Shown here piece after piece: positions 39,607 through 49,625 of a stretch of 64,000 nucleotides of DNA; position 1 is the stretch's first letter; each line of letters opens with the position of its first letter. The notes under the pieces are model-generated. The model saw nothing but the letters and a program-made list of their open reading frames with translations. It was not told the origin of the DNA and did not search any database. The stretch is from Cytophagales bacterium. GTDB lineage: Bacteria; Bacteroidota; Bacteroidia; Cytophagales; Cyclobacteriaceae. The stretch lies in contig JAKSDQ010000060.1 in NCBI GenBank assembly GCA_022360015.1, positions 13,922 to 77,921 of the forward strand. Reading direction: 5' to 3'. The position numbers and the translations under genes are program-made.

Positions 39607-40389
39607 CTAAACCGCCACACTCATATACACCTCCAGCGGATCTTGTTGCAACAATCCCGCCATTGTATGATACAACCTCGGGTGATGTGCGAGAAACTCC
39701 TCCGGTTTCTCAAAAAAAGTTTCTACGGAAACTGCGAAGAACTCCTCTTCATTCTGGCCGGCATATTTTCTGAAAAAATTGTCCTCTCCGTTTCTGATTT
39801 TTTCTATGATCTGATACGACAACCTCTTGTAGGCATCCAAAAGTTTTTCATTCAGAAAACTACGGTTCCTGTTAACAATTTTATCTTCCAAATGCAAGGC
39901 ATGGGCCATCTCGTGCAATCCAAGGTTGATGGCACTCGTAGGTTGTTCGAAGCCCTCCAGAAAGTCTTTCCATGACAGGGCAATGGTTCCCCATCTTGGA
40001 TTAACTTCTCCCTTGTGATAGCGGCGGTTGACAGTGGAATAGTAGGAGTTGGGATAAATTAAAATCCTGTTGAAGTGGGTAAGATAAATTTCGTGCAAGC
40101 CGAAGGTAAGCTGCACAGCCGATGCAGAAATCAATACCTTCATTTCATCCGAAACCTTTTCCAGATTTCTTGGGATGAAGTGTTTGAGACGTATGAAGCG
40201 ATTGACCCTTTTCTCAAAATCAAGTTTCTTTTCAGGACTCAGTCTTTGATAATAAACAAAATAATCTTCCAGGATTTTGCGGTATTCACCGGGCATGGGG
40301 CGCATGAAATAAAAGATGTCTCTGGCAATGCTTACTGACAGCACCAAAAGGATAAATATAGGGGCGATTACTGAAATATATGCTAACAA
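39607..40389 (-). CDS. Zinc-dependent peptidase, M90/MtfA family
   Basis: LIsASAVQLTFG, IYP, LHEMAHAL zinc motif, EEFFAV.VE.FFE.P. Confidence 0.85.
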   Translation of the reverse strand: MLAYISVIAPIFILLVLSVSIARDIFYFMRPMPGEYRKILEDYFVYYQRLSPEKKLDFEKRVNRFIRLKHFIPRNLEKVSDEMKVLISASAVQLTFGLHEIYLTHFNRILIYPNSYYSTVNRRYHKGEVNPRWGTIALSWKDFLEGFEQPTSAINLGLHEMAHALHLEDKIVNRNRSFLNEKLLDAYKRLSYQIIEKIRNGEDNFFRKYAGQNEEEFFAVSVETFFEKPEEFLAHHPRLYHTMAGLLQQDPLEVYMSVAV

Positions 40390-40514
40390 GTCTCAAACAG
40401 ATATAATTAACCCGATAACATGTATACCTTTCAGGCCGAAAAGATAACCCCCTGAACCTCGATTTTTTTTTTGAATGTAGTATTAATGGAAAGATTAAAT
40501 CATTAAGGGCCTGA

Positions 40515-42068
40515 TTACACGTGTAATCGCTGAAATGTCTTACTGAAAGTTACCAGCCCGCCAATTTTGGCATGCAATGCTGCAACAGCCACCCTTTCCT
40601 GCTCCATAGAGTCACGATGCCTTAGCGTTACCGTATCGTCGACCATGGTTTGCGAATCTACGGTAACACAAAGCGGTGTACCTATGGCATCTTGTCTGCG
40701 GTATCTTCGACCAATGGCATCTTTGAAATCGTATTGGCAATTGAAATCATACTTCAGGAGGTCCAGGATTTCCCTGGATTTTTCGGGTAGTCCGTCTTTA
40801 TTGACCAGTGGCAGGATAGCCACTTTTACGGGAGCCAGTACGGGGGGAAGTTTAAGCACTGTTCTTTCGCTGCCATCTTCAAGCACCTCCTCCGTGTAGG
40901 TCGAAGAGAGCACCGCCAGAAACATACGGTCCAAACCAATGGAGGTTTCAATCACATAGGGAACGTAACGCTTGTTTTCCCGGGGGTCAAAGAACTGTAA
41001 CTTTTTGCCGGAGTATTCTTCGTGGGCTTTCAGGTCGAAATCGGTTCTGGAATGGATACCTTCCAGTTCTTTAAAACCCATGGGGAAATTAAATTCAATA
41101 TCGCAGGCAGCATTGGCATAATGAGCCAGGTTAAGGTGGTCGTGGAATCGAAAATTCGCCGGATCGAGGCCCAATGCGAGGTGCCATTCCAGCCTCCTTT
41201 CTTTCCAGGATTCGTACCAGGTCAGTTCTTCGCCCGGTTTAACAAAAAACTGCATTTCCATCTGCTCGAACTCCCGCATCCGGAAGATAAATTGCCTGGC
41301 GATAATTTCATTTCTGAAAGCCTTTCCTATCTGGGCAATGCCAAAAGGAATTTTCATCCGGCCGGTTTTTTGTACATTCAAAAAATTTACAAAAATCCCC
41401 TGGGCCGTCTCTGGCCTGAGGTATATTTTGCTGGCTCCCTCTGCGACCGATCCGAGCTCAGTGGCAAACATCAGGTTAAACTGGCGTACATCCGTCCAGT
41501 TTTTTGACCCGGACACCGGGTCGGCAATACCCAATTCTTCAATCAATGCTTTAAGATCGGCAAAATCTTCATTTGCCATGCCTGTCTTAAACCTCTGATT
41601 GATGGCATCGATGTTTTCCTGGTATTGCAACACCCTGGGATTGGTACTTCTGAATTGATTTTCATCAAAGCTGTCTCCGAAACGTTTGGCGGCCTTGGCT
41701 ATTTCTTTTTTGATTTTCTGCTCGATTTTGGTGATATGCTCTTCAATCAACACATCTGCACGGTATCTTTTTTTTGAATCCTTATTATCGATGAGCGGGT
41801 CGTTGAAAGCATCTACGTGTCCTGATGCTTTCCAGGTGGTGGGATGCATAAAAATGGCAGCGTCTATGCCAACAATGTTTTCATGCAATTGTACCATCGA
41901 TTTCCACCAGTATTCCTTGATATTGTTTTTCAGGCCCACACCATTTTGACCATAATCATACACAGCACCCAGGCCATCATAAATCTCACTGGAAGGAAAA
42001 ACAAAACCATACTCCTTTGCATGGGAGATGATTTTTTTTAGCATGTTTTCTTTATCATTGTTTGCCAT
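40515..42068 (-). CDS. glyQS: Glycine-tRNA ligase (homodimeric alpha2 type)
   Basis: YDYGQNG, YLRPETAQGIF, FRNEI...FR.REFEQME, IETSIGLDR, and anticodon-binding domain IGRRYRRQD. Confidence 0.97.
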   Translation of the reverse strand: MANNDKENMLKKIISHAKEYGFVFPSSEIYDGLGAVYDYGQNGVGLKNNIKEYWWKSMVQLHENIVGIDAAIFMHPTTWKASGHVDAFNDPLIDNKDSKKRYRADVLIEEHITKIEQKIKKEIAKAAKRFGDSFDENQFRSTNPRVLQYQENIDAINQRFKTGMANEDFADLKALIEELGIADPVSGSKNWTDVRQFNLMFATELGSVAEGASKIYLRPETAQGIFVNFLNVQKTGRMKIPFGIAQIGKAFRNEIIARQFIFRMREFEQMEMQFFVKPGEELTWYESWKERRLEWHLALGLDPANFRFHDHLNLAHYANAACDIEFNFPMGFKELEGIHSRTDFDLKAHEEYSGKKLQFFDPRENKRYVPYVIETSIGLDRMFLAVLSSTYTEEVLEDGSERTVLKLPPVLAPVKVAILPLVNKDGLPEKSREILDLLKYDFNCQYDFKDAIGRRYRRQDAIGTPLCVTVDSQTMVDDTVTLRHRDSMEQERVAVAALHAKIGGLVTFSKTFQRLHV

Positions 42069-42073
42069 AGCCG

Positions 42074-42081
42074 CAAATATA
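42074..42081 (-). promoter_or_regulatory. -7 promoter element 5 bp upstream of the glyQS ATG
   Basis: TATATTTG (42081-42074), then CGGCT, then ATG (42068). Confidence 0.65.
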
Positions 42082-42104
42082 ACTTGTCTGTTTGAAAAAG
42101 AATA

Positions 42105-44066
42105 TTATTTATCGAATCTAACGGTTACATTTTCCAGGCTTTCGTTGGAGCCGACCAGAGAAACAATGTCGCCCAACCGCAACCTGGTATAGCCATGAGA
42201 GATAATCATATGGCCGCCCCGGGTTACGGAAAGAATGATTACATCCGCTGGCAGGCGCAAATCGCGGAGTGCTACCCCATGCAGATCAGGGTCCAGTACC
42301 TCCAGATCGATGGTTCCCTGGTCTTTTTCCATACCCAGTAGCAATGAGGTGGCCTGGGGTGACCTGACAAAGTCAAACAGCAGATTGACTATAGCAGTGG
42401 ACGGATCAACGACTTTGGCGCCTAATTCGTGAAAACGGTCAAAATTGCCACGATCATTCAAACGTACCACCACATCCCTTGTTCCGATCTTTTCATATAT
42501 CAGCTCACAAATCTCGTAGTTTTCCTCATCTGTCAGTAACAACACAATGGCTTCTGATAATTTTGCATCCAGCTCTTCCAGCGTATTCTCATCGACCTTG
42601 TCAGGAATATAATGAATATCCAGATCGGTGACTCCCAAATCATTCAGATCTTTTTTCTTGGTAGCAATTTTTACCTCCCATCCATGTTGTTTTAATTGTC
42701 TGGCAAGGGTAATGGATTTGTTTTCCAGCCCAAATATGATGGCATCCCTCATCCCGTCAAATTCCTGATTACCTGCCCGTTGATGCCCCTCTCCGATTTT
42801 GTTGATAGACCATTTAAATAACGGGGGGCCAACTATCTGGTTCAATACAATTACAGCAATCATAATAGTGGCAAATTCAGGCCCCCAGCCAGGATATTTG
42901 GATGAGATGATTGTAACCAATCCCAGACTCACTCCGGCCTGGGTGACATAAGGCATCCAGGCAATCCTGTTAAAGCTGAAGGGATCCCCGCCCAGGGTGC
43001 CCCCTACAAAAGAGGCTATCACCATAGCAATTAACCTGATGGCAAACAAAGCCAGGGCAATTTCCCATACATGAGCCAGTATATCCACAGACAGCGAAGC
43101 ACCGGCGAGAATAAAAAATGCCGAATAGACAAGGTGGCTTATCCTGTTAAGAATTTTCGAAAACTCTAGGCGAAAGGCCGTAAAATTGGTTACAATGAAG
43201 CTCCCAATGATACAAATGACCAGCGGCTCAAGATATACTTCAAATGGCAAATATTGTGTGCTGATGTCTTTAACATAATGCGCTACCAGGTATACGCCAT
43301 ATCCGGTAAACAATATCAAAATGGTTTTGGCAGCCGGCTCTGCCTGAAGCGACAAAATTGTTGTCAGCAGTCTTCCTATCAGGAAACCCATCCCAAATGA
43401 AACGGATAACTCCACTAACAAAAGCAGGATAAATCCAAGCTTCAGCTCTTCACCGGTAATTAAGGCATCGCCAAATGCAAAACAAATAGCAAATAACACG
43501 ATCACCAAAACATCTTTTAAGACGGTTACACCCAGGGCGGTTTGTGTAAACGGCCCTTTCGCCCGCATTTCGTTGATGACAGCAATCGCAGATGATGGTG
43601 ACCGGGCCACAAAGATAGTAGCAGCCAGGAGCGCTACAGCCATCTGGCTTTGTACCGGCATATCCTGCATAAACGGAATGTTTGACGCTAAAAAATAAAC
43701 GCCGAGCCACCCCAGGACAAAAGTCACCACCAATTGCCCAAAGGTCATCCAGATAATACTTTTGAATCGGTGTCGTAATTCCTTCAGATACAACTCCGAA
43801 CCTGCGGCAAAAGCAATGTAGGCCAACGAAAAGTCATTAATAAATCCAAGATTTCTGACTGATTCTTTGGTAATCAGGTTCATAAAAAACGGTCCGCAGG
43901 CAATACCCATGAAAAGCATCCCGGTAATCAGGGGTAATTTGAATTTTAAAAAAATGCGGGACATCCTTAAGGAGGCTACGGTTACAACAAAAAATCCACC
44001 TACAAAAAATAAAAGTTGCCAATAATTCTCCATACGCATACAGTAGTGCAAAAGAAACTTTATCAA
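42105..44066 (-). CDS. Cation:proton antiporter with RCK (TrkA-N/TrkA-C) domains
   Basis: About 12 TM helices (AFAAGSEL, QAGVSLGL), cytoplasmic Rossmann-like RCK and TrkA-C (PHG-like SHGYTRL..GD). The start may be ATG 44039 or 44033. Confidence 0.88.
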   Translation of the reverse strand: MIKFLLHYCMRMENYWQLLFFVGGFFVVTVASLRMSRIFLKFKLPLITGMLFMGIACGPFFMNLITKESVRNLGFINDFSLAYIAFAAGSELYLKELRHRFKSIIWMTFGQLVVTFVLGWLGVYFLASNIPFMQDMPVQSQMAVALLAATIFVARSPSSAIAVINEMRAKGPFTQTALGVTVLKDVLVIVLFAICFAFGDALITGEELKLGFILLLLVELSVSFGMGFLIGRLLTTILSLQAEPAAKTILILFTGYGVYLVAHYVKDISTQYLPFEVYLEPLVICIIGSFIVTNFTAFRLEFSKILNRISHLVYSAFFILAGASLSVDILAHVWEIALALFAIRLIAMVIASFVGGTLGGDPFSFNRIAWMPYVTQAGVSLGLVTIISSKYPGWGPEFATIMIAVIVLNQIVGPPLFKWSINKIGEGHQRAGNQEFDGMRDAIIFGLENKSITLARQLKQHGWEVKIATKKKDLNDLGVTDLDIHYIPDKVDENTLEELDAKLSEAIVLLLTDEENYEICELIYEKIGTRDVVVRLNDRGNFDRFHELGAKVVDPSTAIVNLLFDFVRSPQATSLLLGMEKDQGTIDLEVLDPDLHGVALRDLRLPADVIILSVTRGGHMIISHGYTRLRLGDIVSLVGSNESLENVTVRFDK

Positions 44067-44558
44067 AAACCTGGTAAGTTATTCATCTTTTTTCACATAA
44101 TCAGACCTGTGAGATGATTTAATTTTTAATTTTCGCGCCATGCGCAGCTAACCCCTCATAATCCTTTTTTCGGCTTTTCTTCAAACTTCATAGGCCAAAT
44201 GACACAGTCAATGTGCCCGATTAAAAAGACTCCCTATTGCACGTGGATAGTCAATATAAATATTTTTATTGACAAACCTTAAATAATTACATAATTAATA
44301 GGAAGGACATACCACAGATTTAAATATAAAAAATTGAAAACCAATAATATGTAATCTATTTTTACATTTTAGTGACCGGAATGTTAAATAATATTATTTC
44401 CAGTTGATTCGTAAATCAGAATAAATTGAATTGAAAATATTGAACACAATCCCGGGCTTTATTGATACAAAGTTTTATGATTTTCACACATAACCCGGAA
44501 CTTATCAACACATTTTTTAATTAATTGAAAAAAACCTTTAAGTCCTTATAGTGTCACA

Positions 44559-45335
44559 ATGAACACGAAGATAAAATATTTCAGTATATCGATATTGTGT
44601 CTGTTTTCCATGAACAGTTGTAGTTCTTACACCCCCCCCGAATCAAAAAACACGGCCGCAGACCACAAATTATGGGACCAAATGCTTAAAAAGTATGTTT
44701 CCGATGAGGGGTGGGTTGATTACAAGGGATGGCAAAAAGATCGCGAAGGGTTAAAAACTTACCTGGAAATATTAAGTAACAATCCCCCTAACGATAGTCT
44801 CCAGACGGCTGAGGAGCAATTGGCTTATTGGATCAATGCCTATAATGCCTTCACCATAGAATTGATATTGGAAAATTATCCCCTGGAGAGTATTACAGAC
44901 CTTCATCCTGCCTTTTATATTCCCGGTGTGAATACGGTTTGGCATAAAAAATTTTTTGAAATAGGCGGTGTCGAAACAAGCCTCGATGAAATTGAGCATA
45001 AAATCTTAAGGGTAAAATTTGAGGAGCCAAGAATTCATTTTGCCATTGTATGTGCTTCCTATTCATGCCCGAAATTAAGAAATGAGGCCTACCGGGCCTC
45101 CAGGCTGGAACAGCAATTACAGGAACAGGCAGTAGCATTTATCAATGATCCGATAAGAAATCAGCTCTCGGAAAATAAGATCAAAATCTCTAAAATATTC
45201 AAATGGTTTAAAGGTGACTTTACCAAAAAAGGAAATCTGATCGATTATTTGAATCAATATGCCAGCGTTAAAATCCGTCCGGATGCCAATATAAAACACC
45301 TGGATTACAACTGGGATCTCAACGGGCAGGATTAA
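44559..45335 (+). CDS. DUF547-domain lipoprotein
   Basis: LAYWINAYNA, LDEIEH.ILR, EPRIHFAIVCASYSCP, DYNWDLN. Confidence 0.92.
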   Translation: MNTKIKYFSISILCLFSMNSCSSYTPPESKNTAADHKLWDQMLKKYVSDEGWVDYKGWQKDREGLKTYLEILSNNPPNDSLQTAEEQLAYWINAYNAFTIELILENYPLESITDLHPAFYIPGVNTVWHKKFFEIGGVETSLDEIEHKILRVKFEEPRIHFAIVCASYSCPKLRNEAYRASRLEQQLQEQAVAFINDPIRNQLSENKIKISKIFKWFKGDFTKKGNLIDYLNQYASVKIRPDANIKHLDYNWDLNGQD

Positions 45336-45497
45336 TGTTTCCAGCCTGAAATAGATCAGGCAGGACTCAGGGCTATGGGCCATTGGTTACCGTATGGCCT
45401 TGAATCATGCTGTAATCAAAGAAGTATAATGTCAACTTTTTACAACAAATTATTCATTTTTTGAAACATCCTTGACTCATCCTTATGCAAGATTTTG

Positions 45498-45505
45498 TAG
45501 TTTTG
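45498..45505 (+). promoter_or_regulatory. -7 promoter element for gltX
   Basis: TAGTTTTG; lies inside the over-long ORF-track call, supporting the start at 45529. Confidence 0.65.
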
Positions 45506-45528
45506 CGCTGCATAAAATATACACATTC

Positions 45529-47070
45529 ATGGCACAGGAAGTCAGAGTCCGGTTTGCACCCAGCCCTACAGGAGGTCTACATATCGGTGGTGTGAGAACC
45601 GCGTTGTTTAATTATTTGTTCGCCCGGAACCAGGGTGGAAAAATGATTCTGCGCATCGAGGATACCGACCAAAAGCGATATGTGGCAGGCGCTGAAAAAT
45701 ATATCACAGAAGCCCTTCACTGGTGTGGAATTGAAATTGACGAGGGGCCTGAGCAGGGTGGTGCATATGGCCCGTACAGGCAGTCTGAAAGAAAAAATAT
45801 CTACAAAGATTATGCCCTGCAATTGGTCAATGGGGGAAAGGCTTATTATGCTTTTGATACAGATGAGGAGATCAATGCCATGCGGGAAAGGTTGAAAGCC
45901 GCAAAAGTAGCCAATCCTACCTACAATTCTATTACAAGAAGCAAAATGAAGAATTCCCTGACACTGTCTGACGACGAGGTACAGGCTAAAATGGCAGCAG
46001 GGGAGCCTTATGTAGTGCGGCTGAAAGTACCTAAAAAAGAAGAAATCCGTCTTAATGATATGATCCGGGGATGGGTCATGGTGCATTCCTCTACCATAGA
46101 TGATAAAGTTATTCTGAAATCTGATGGTATGCCTACCTACCACCTGGCAAATATTGTGGATGACCATCTGATGAAAATTACCCATATCATCAGGGGTGAA
46201 GAGTGGCTGCCTTCCGCACCGTTGCATGTATTGTTGTATCAATATCTGGGGTGGGAAGATACAATGCCCGGATTTGCGCATTTGCCATTGATCTTAAAAC
46301 CTAATGGTAACGGAAAGCTATCCAAAAGAGATGCGAAACAGGGTGGTTTTCCAATATTTCCTTTGACCTGGCAGGAATCCGACACCGGAGAGGTGTCTGC
46401 AGGATTCAGAGAGCAGGGCTATTTACCGCCGGCCCTGGTCAACTTTCTAGCCCTTTTAGGTTGGAATCCGGGTACTGAACAAGAGTTGTTCTCAATGGAA
46501 GAGCTCATTAAAAATTTCAGTCTCGAAAGGGTAGGAAAGGCAGGTACTAAGTTTGATATCGATAAAGCCAAGTGGTACAATCAGCAATACCTCAAAATGC
46601 TGGATGACCATGAAATTGCAAAAATGATTGCCTCTGATTTGGAAAAATATGCGCCGGATTATTCAAAGCCTGTCAGTAAAATCGTGCAATTGATGAAAGA
46701 AAGGGTTACTTTTCCCCATGAAGTTGTTACCACTGCGACATATTTATTTGATTCACCACACACTTTTGACGAGAAAATCGTTAAAAAGAAGTGGACCCGG
46801 GAAGCAGTTGATGTTCTGATAGATTTTAAGTCAGCGCTCGAGGGTTTACAGGATTTTAACTCGGCACCTATCAGGCAACAATTTGAACAAATTGTTGCAA
46901 GGAATGAAATAGGTTTTGGCCGGGTAATGCCTGCCTTAAGGTTGGCAATAACCGGGGAGGGATCAGGACCGGATTTAATGGAGGTAATGGAGATCATTGG
47001 TAAAAATGAAACCATTAGCAGGATTGAATTCGCAATAAATCATTTAAATGATAAAATAAAGGTAAGCTGA
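45529..47070 (+). CDS. gltX: Glutamate-tRNA ligase
   Basis: VRVRFAPSPTGGLHIGG, LRIEDTD, RGEEW, KLSKR. Confidence 0.97.
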   Translation: MAQEVRVRFAPSPTGGLHIGGVRTALFNYLFARNQGGKMILRIEDTDQKRYVAGAEKYITEALHWCGIEIDEGPEQGGAYGPYRQSERKNIYKDYALQLVNGGKAYYAFDTDEEINAMRERLKAAKVANPTYNSITRSKMKNSLTLSDDEVQAKMAAGEPYVVRLKVPKKEEIRLNDMIRGWVMVHSSTIDDKVILKSDGMPTYHLANIVDDHLMKITHIIRGEEWLPSAPLHVLLYQYLGWEDTMPGFAHLPLILKPNGNGKLSKRDAKQGGFPIFPLTWQESDTGEVSAGFREQGYLPPALVNFLALLGWNPGTEQELFSMEELIKNFSLERVGKAGTKFDIDKAKWYNQQYLKMLDDHEIAKMIASDLEKYAPDYSKPVSKIVQLMKERVTFPHEVVTTATYLFDSPHTFDEKIVKKKWTREAVDVLIDFKSALEGLQDFNSAPIRQQFEQIVARNEIGFGRVMPALRLAITGEGSGPDLMEVMEIIGKNETISRIEFAINHLNDKIKVS

Positions 47071-47315
47071 TGGCTAAAAGGAAAAAAAAGCAAAATAAGG
47101 AAAAACCGAGGGTGAACCCTGAATTGGAGGGCTTCGATATTAAAATCGATTCTTTTGGTGAAATAAAAAGCTCTTTTAACATTGACAAAATCAATGATTT
47201 TTTAAATAAAAGCGTTGATGATAAAAAGTTAAGGGACAGGGATGATTTGGGCTTTATTAAAGAAAAGAAGCAGTCATCAAAAGATGAGGACCAACCTGAA
47301 AACGGTGAATCCTAG
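47070..47315 (+). CDS. Small basic/acidic hypothetical protein, translationally coupled to gltX
   Basis: TGATG overlap; KPRVNPELEGFDIKIDSFGEI...DKINDFLN...DDKKL core. Confidence 0.75.
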   Translation: MAKRKKKQNKEKPRVNPELEGFDIKIDSFGEIKSSFNIDKINDFLNKSVDDKKLRDRDDLGFIKEKKQSSKDEDQPENGES

Positions 47316-47353
47316 ATTAAATTAATTCATCTCTATACCGCTACACTAACGTT

Positions 47354-47578
47354 ATGCAATCACATGAAATAGATTACCACATTATCCGAGGCGATATACA
47401 GGTTGTAGAGGTGGAATTGGATCCGGGTGAAACAGTTATAGCAGAAGCCGGAGTCATGTTATACATAGATGAAGGTGTCGAATACCAAACCAAAATGGGA
47501 GATGGATCGGATCCCAACCAGGGATTTTTCGGTAAACTGGTTAAAGCCCTGGCACCCTATATTGAAAATAGTAATTAA
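47354..47578 (+). pseudogene. Truncated AIM24/TIGR00266-family gene
   Basis: MQSHEIDYHI..DIQVVEVELDPGETVIAEAGVM...TKMGDGS...GFFGKL matches only the N-terminal part of the family; the rest is absent downstream. Confidence 0.8.
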
Positions 47579-47853
47579 AGGAGAAAGTTCTTTGCTAAGA
47601 GGATTCCTGGAAAAATAAAAAAGTCCGTATCCCCGGCAAGATAATTTTCAATATACCCCAAAATGAGTTAACGAAATGAAATTTTATAAAATCCCCCTTA
47701 AACATAATTAATCCTCTCTTCAATGGGCGAAAACCTTATTTTATTTCATATTCTTGTCTTAAAAAATAACGAAGTTTGGGGGTTTTATCATAACTATGCT
47801 ATATTGAACTTTGTATCGATTGTTTTGATTACCTTCCCAACCCTGAAAATTCG

Positions 47854-48075
47854 TCAAATAATAGAATCTTCTTCACATCTAAGGAATTTGGGAAGGTATT
47901 TTTTGTCCCATTTTTTAAATGTTACTTGATCTTCAAGAACAATTATGGTCAATTCTTTACCTGAAATTACCCCTTCATCACGCTTCATTCCCACTTTTTC
48001 TTCCAATAAGCTCCGGAGGGAAATCTCTTTCAGCCCGTTAAAAAAGAAAGCAGAGAACCTAAGCAGCAAATCCAT
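47854..48075 (-). CDS. Hypothetical protein or gene fragment (73 aa)
   Basis: ORF with protein-like composition in an eroded region; not recognised. Confidence 0.3.
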   Translation of the reverse strand: MDLLLRFSAFFFNGLKEISLRSLLEEKVGMKRDEGVISGKELTIIVLEDQVTFKKWDKKYLPKFLRCEEDSII

Positions 48076-48163
48076 AGCCCGGCCAAGTGAAATTGAAAAT
48101 TCTTAGCCCTGGAAATTGTCCGGCCACAAGCCTGGTCTTCCTGTACACCATTTACTGGCAAAG

Positions 48164-48323
48164 GTGGCTGTTGCACAACGTTTTCGGCAAAGTTCTTTGT
48201 GCCTTGGTGCCTTTGTGGTGTCCCTTTTTTAACCACAGGAGGCACTAAGACACAAAGAGACACAGAGATTTTCGCCGATAAAATAAAAATACTGGCACAT
48301 GTTTTGAGTTGTGCGACGGCCAC
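48164..48323. repeat. Nested imperfect inverted-repeat element (REP/attC/MITE-like)
   Basis: Outer IR GTGGCTGTTGCACAAC (48164-48179) / GTTGTGCGACGGCCAC (48308-48323), 14/16 match. Inner IR TCTTTGTGCCTTGGTGCCTTTGTGGT (48194-48219) / ACCACAGGAGGCACTAAGACACAAAGA (from 48232). Confidence 0.7.
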
Positions 48324-48575
48324 AAAGGCTTGTAAAATCTTTAGTAGCCAAACAACTACAGGCACCCCGGCCACTGGGAAGTTTTTCGCTCGACTAACGT
48401 ATTTTGCCATTTTCTTGCGTTAGGGGCAGGCTACCATAGAGACTTTTATCTTTCATATCCCACAGCATTAAGGCAGATGGACTTTTTCCAAAAATGGCTG
48501 ATTCCGGAACTTTTTTTAATGAATATAATATTTATATATTCAAACCAAATCGAAGCAAAGAGTAACGTATGACAT

Positions 48576-49625
48576 ATGACAACCCTTAAAACAGACTTCC
48601 GGCGGTTGTTTCCCGGAAAGGTTTTTCTGGAAAATGAAAAGGTAGCTCCTGTAGAAAGATATTTGAGGGAAAAGGGGTGGATCGAACCGGATGTTCAGGT
48701 ATTAAAAATTGAAAGGCCGGGCGCAGGGAACATGAACTTGGTAATACGGGTTTTAACAGATAAGACGCCCGCATTGATACTTAAACAGTCAAGGCCCTGG
48801 GTGGAAAAATATCCACAGCTTGCTGCACCGGTGGAACGGATCATGGTAGAAAAAACTTACTATGAGACTATCGGCAAAAACGAAATCCTTGCCAGTTACT
48901 CGCCGGATCTGCTTCATTTTGACGAAGAAAATTTCATCATGGTCCTTGAAGACCTGGGTGAAGCTGCCGATTTTACTTGTGTTTATAAAAAAGGCGTACA
49001 CTTTAAGCCTACTGAAATCACCGAAGCAATCACCTATCTGAATATTCTGGGGGAACTGAAGCCTGTTAATAATTATCCCGAAAACAAGGAGTTGAGAACA
49101 TTGAATCACCAGCATATATTTCACCTGCCTTTTATTTCAAACAATGGGTTTGATCTGGATGATATACAGCATGGCCTCCGGGGTTTGTCGGAAAAAGCTA
49201 AATCTGATACGAAACTGAAGGCCAGGGTATCAGCCCTGGGTGAAACCTACCTTGGCAAAGGAACAACGTTGCTTCAGGGTGATTTTTATCCCGGAAGCCT
49301 TTTAAACGTCAAAAGCCGGATAAAAGTGATAGATCCTGAGTTCTCATTTTTGGGACCGGTGGAATGGGACATAGCAGTATTTATTGCACACCTGTTTATG
49401 TCTGGCGCGGAAGAAGCGTCCATCAGATCGGCTTTTGAACAATTTGAGAAAAAGGAAACCTTTGATTTTGGACGGTTTTCAGGTTTTGTAGGCGTAGAGA
49501 TATTGAGAAGGTTAATCGGCCTGGCACAACTCCCCCTGGAAATGGACCTGGATGAGAAAGCCGGTTTAATTGACCGGTCGATCCTTTGGGTAAAACAGGC
49601 AAATATTGATATTTTATATGGATGA
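48576..49625 (+). CDS. Phosphotransferase, methylthioribose kinase (MtnK)-like
   Basis: GAGNMNLV, ILKQSRPW, QGDFYPGS and VIDPEF..GP..D, resembling MtnK GDGNLN / KQA / HGDLH / IDPEF. Confidence 0.75.
   Translation: MTTLKTDFRRLFPGKVFLENEKVAPVERYLREKGWIEPDVQVLKIERPGAGNMNLVIRVLTDKTPALILKQSRPWVEKYPQLAAPVERIMVEKTYYETIGKNEILASYSPDLLHFDEENFIMVLEDLGEAADFTCVYKKGVHFKPTEITEAITYLNILGELKPVNNYPENKELRTLNHQHIFHLPFISNNGFDLDDIQHGLRGLSEKAKSDTKLKARVSALGETYLGKGTTLLQGDFYPGSLLNVKSRIKVIDPEFSFLGPVEWDIAVFIAHLFMSGAEEASIRSAFEQFEKKETFDFGRFSGFVGVEILRRLIGLAQLPLEMDLDEKAGLIDRSILWVKQANIDILYG

Noticed and set aside
48173-48314. CACAAC/GTTGTG motifs resembling Bacteroidota type II-C CRISPR repeat ends
   Set aside because: Only one inverted pair, no direct repeat-spacer periodicity and no cas genes in the window.
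48030-48423. ORFs 48030-48410 (-) and 48199-48423 (+)
   Set aside because: Both read through the palindromic repeat element and have no protein motif.
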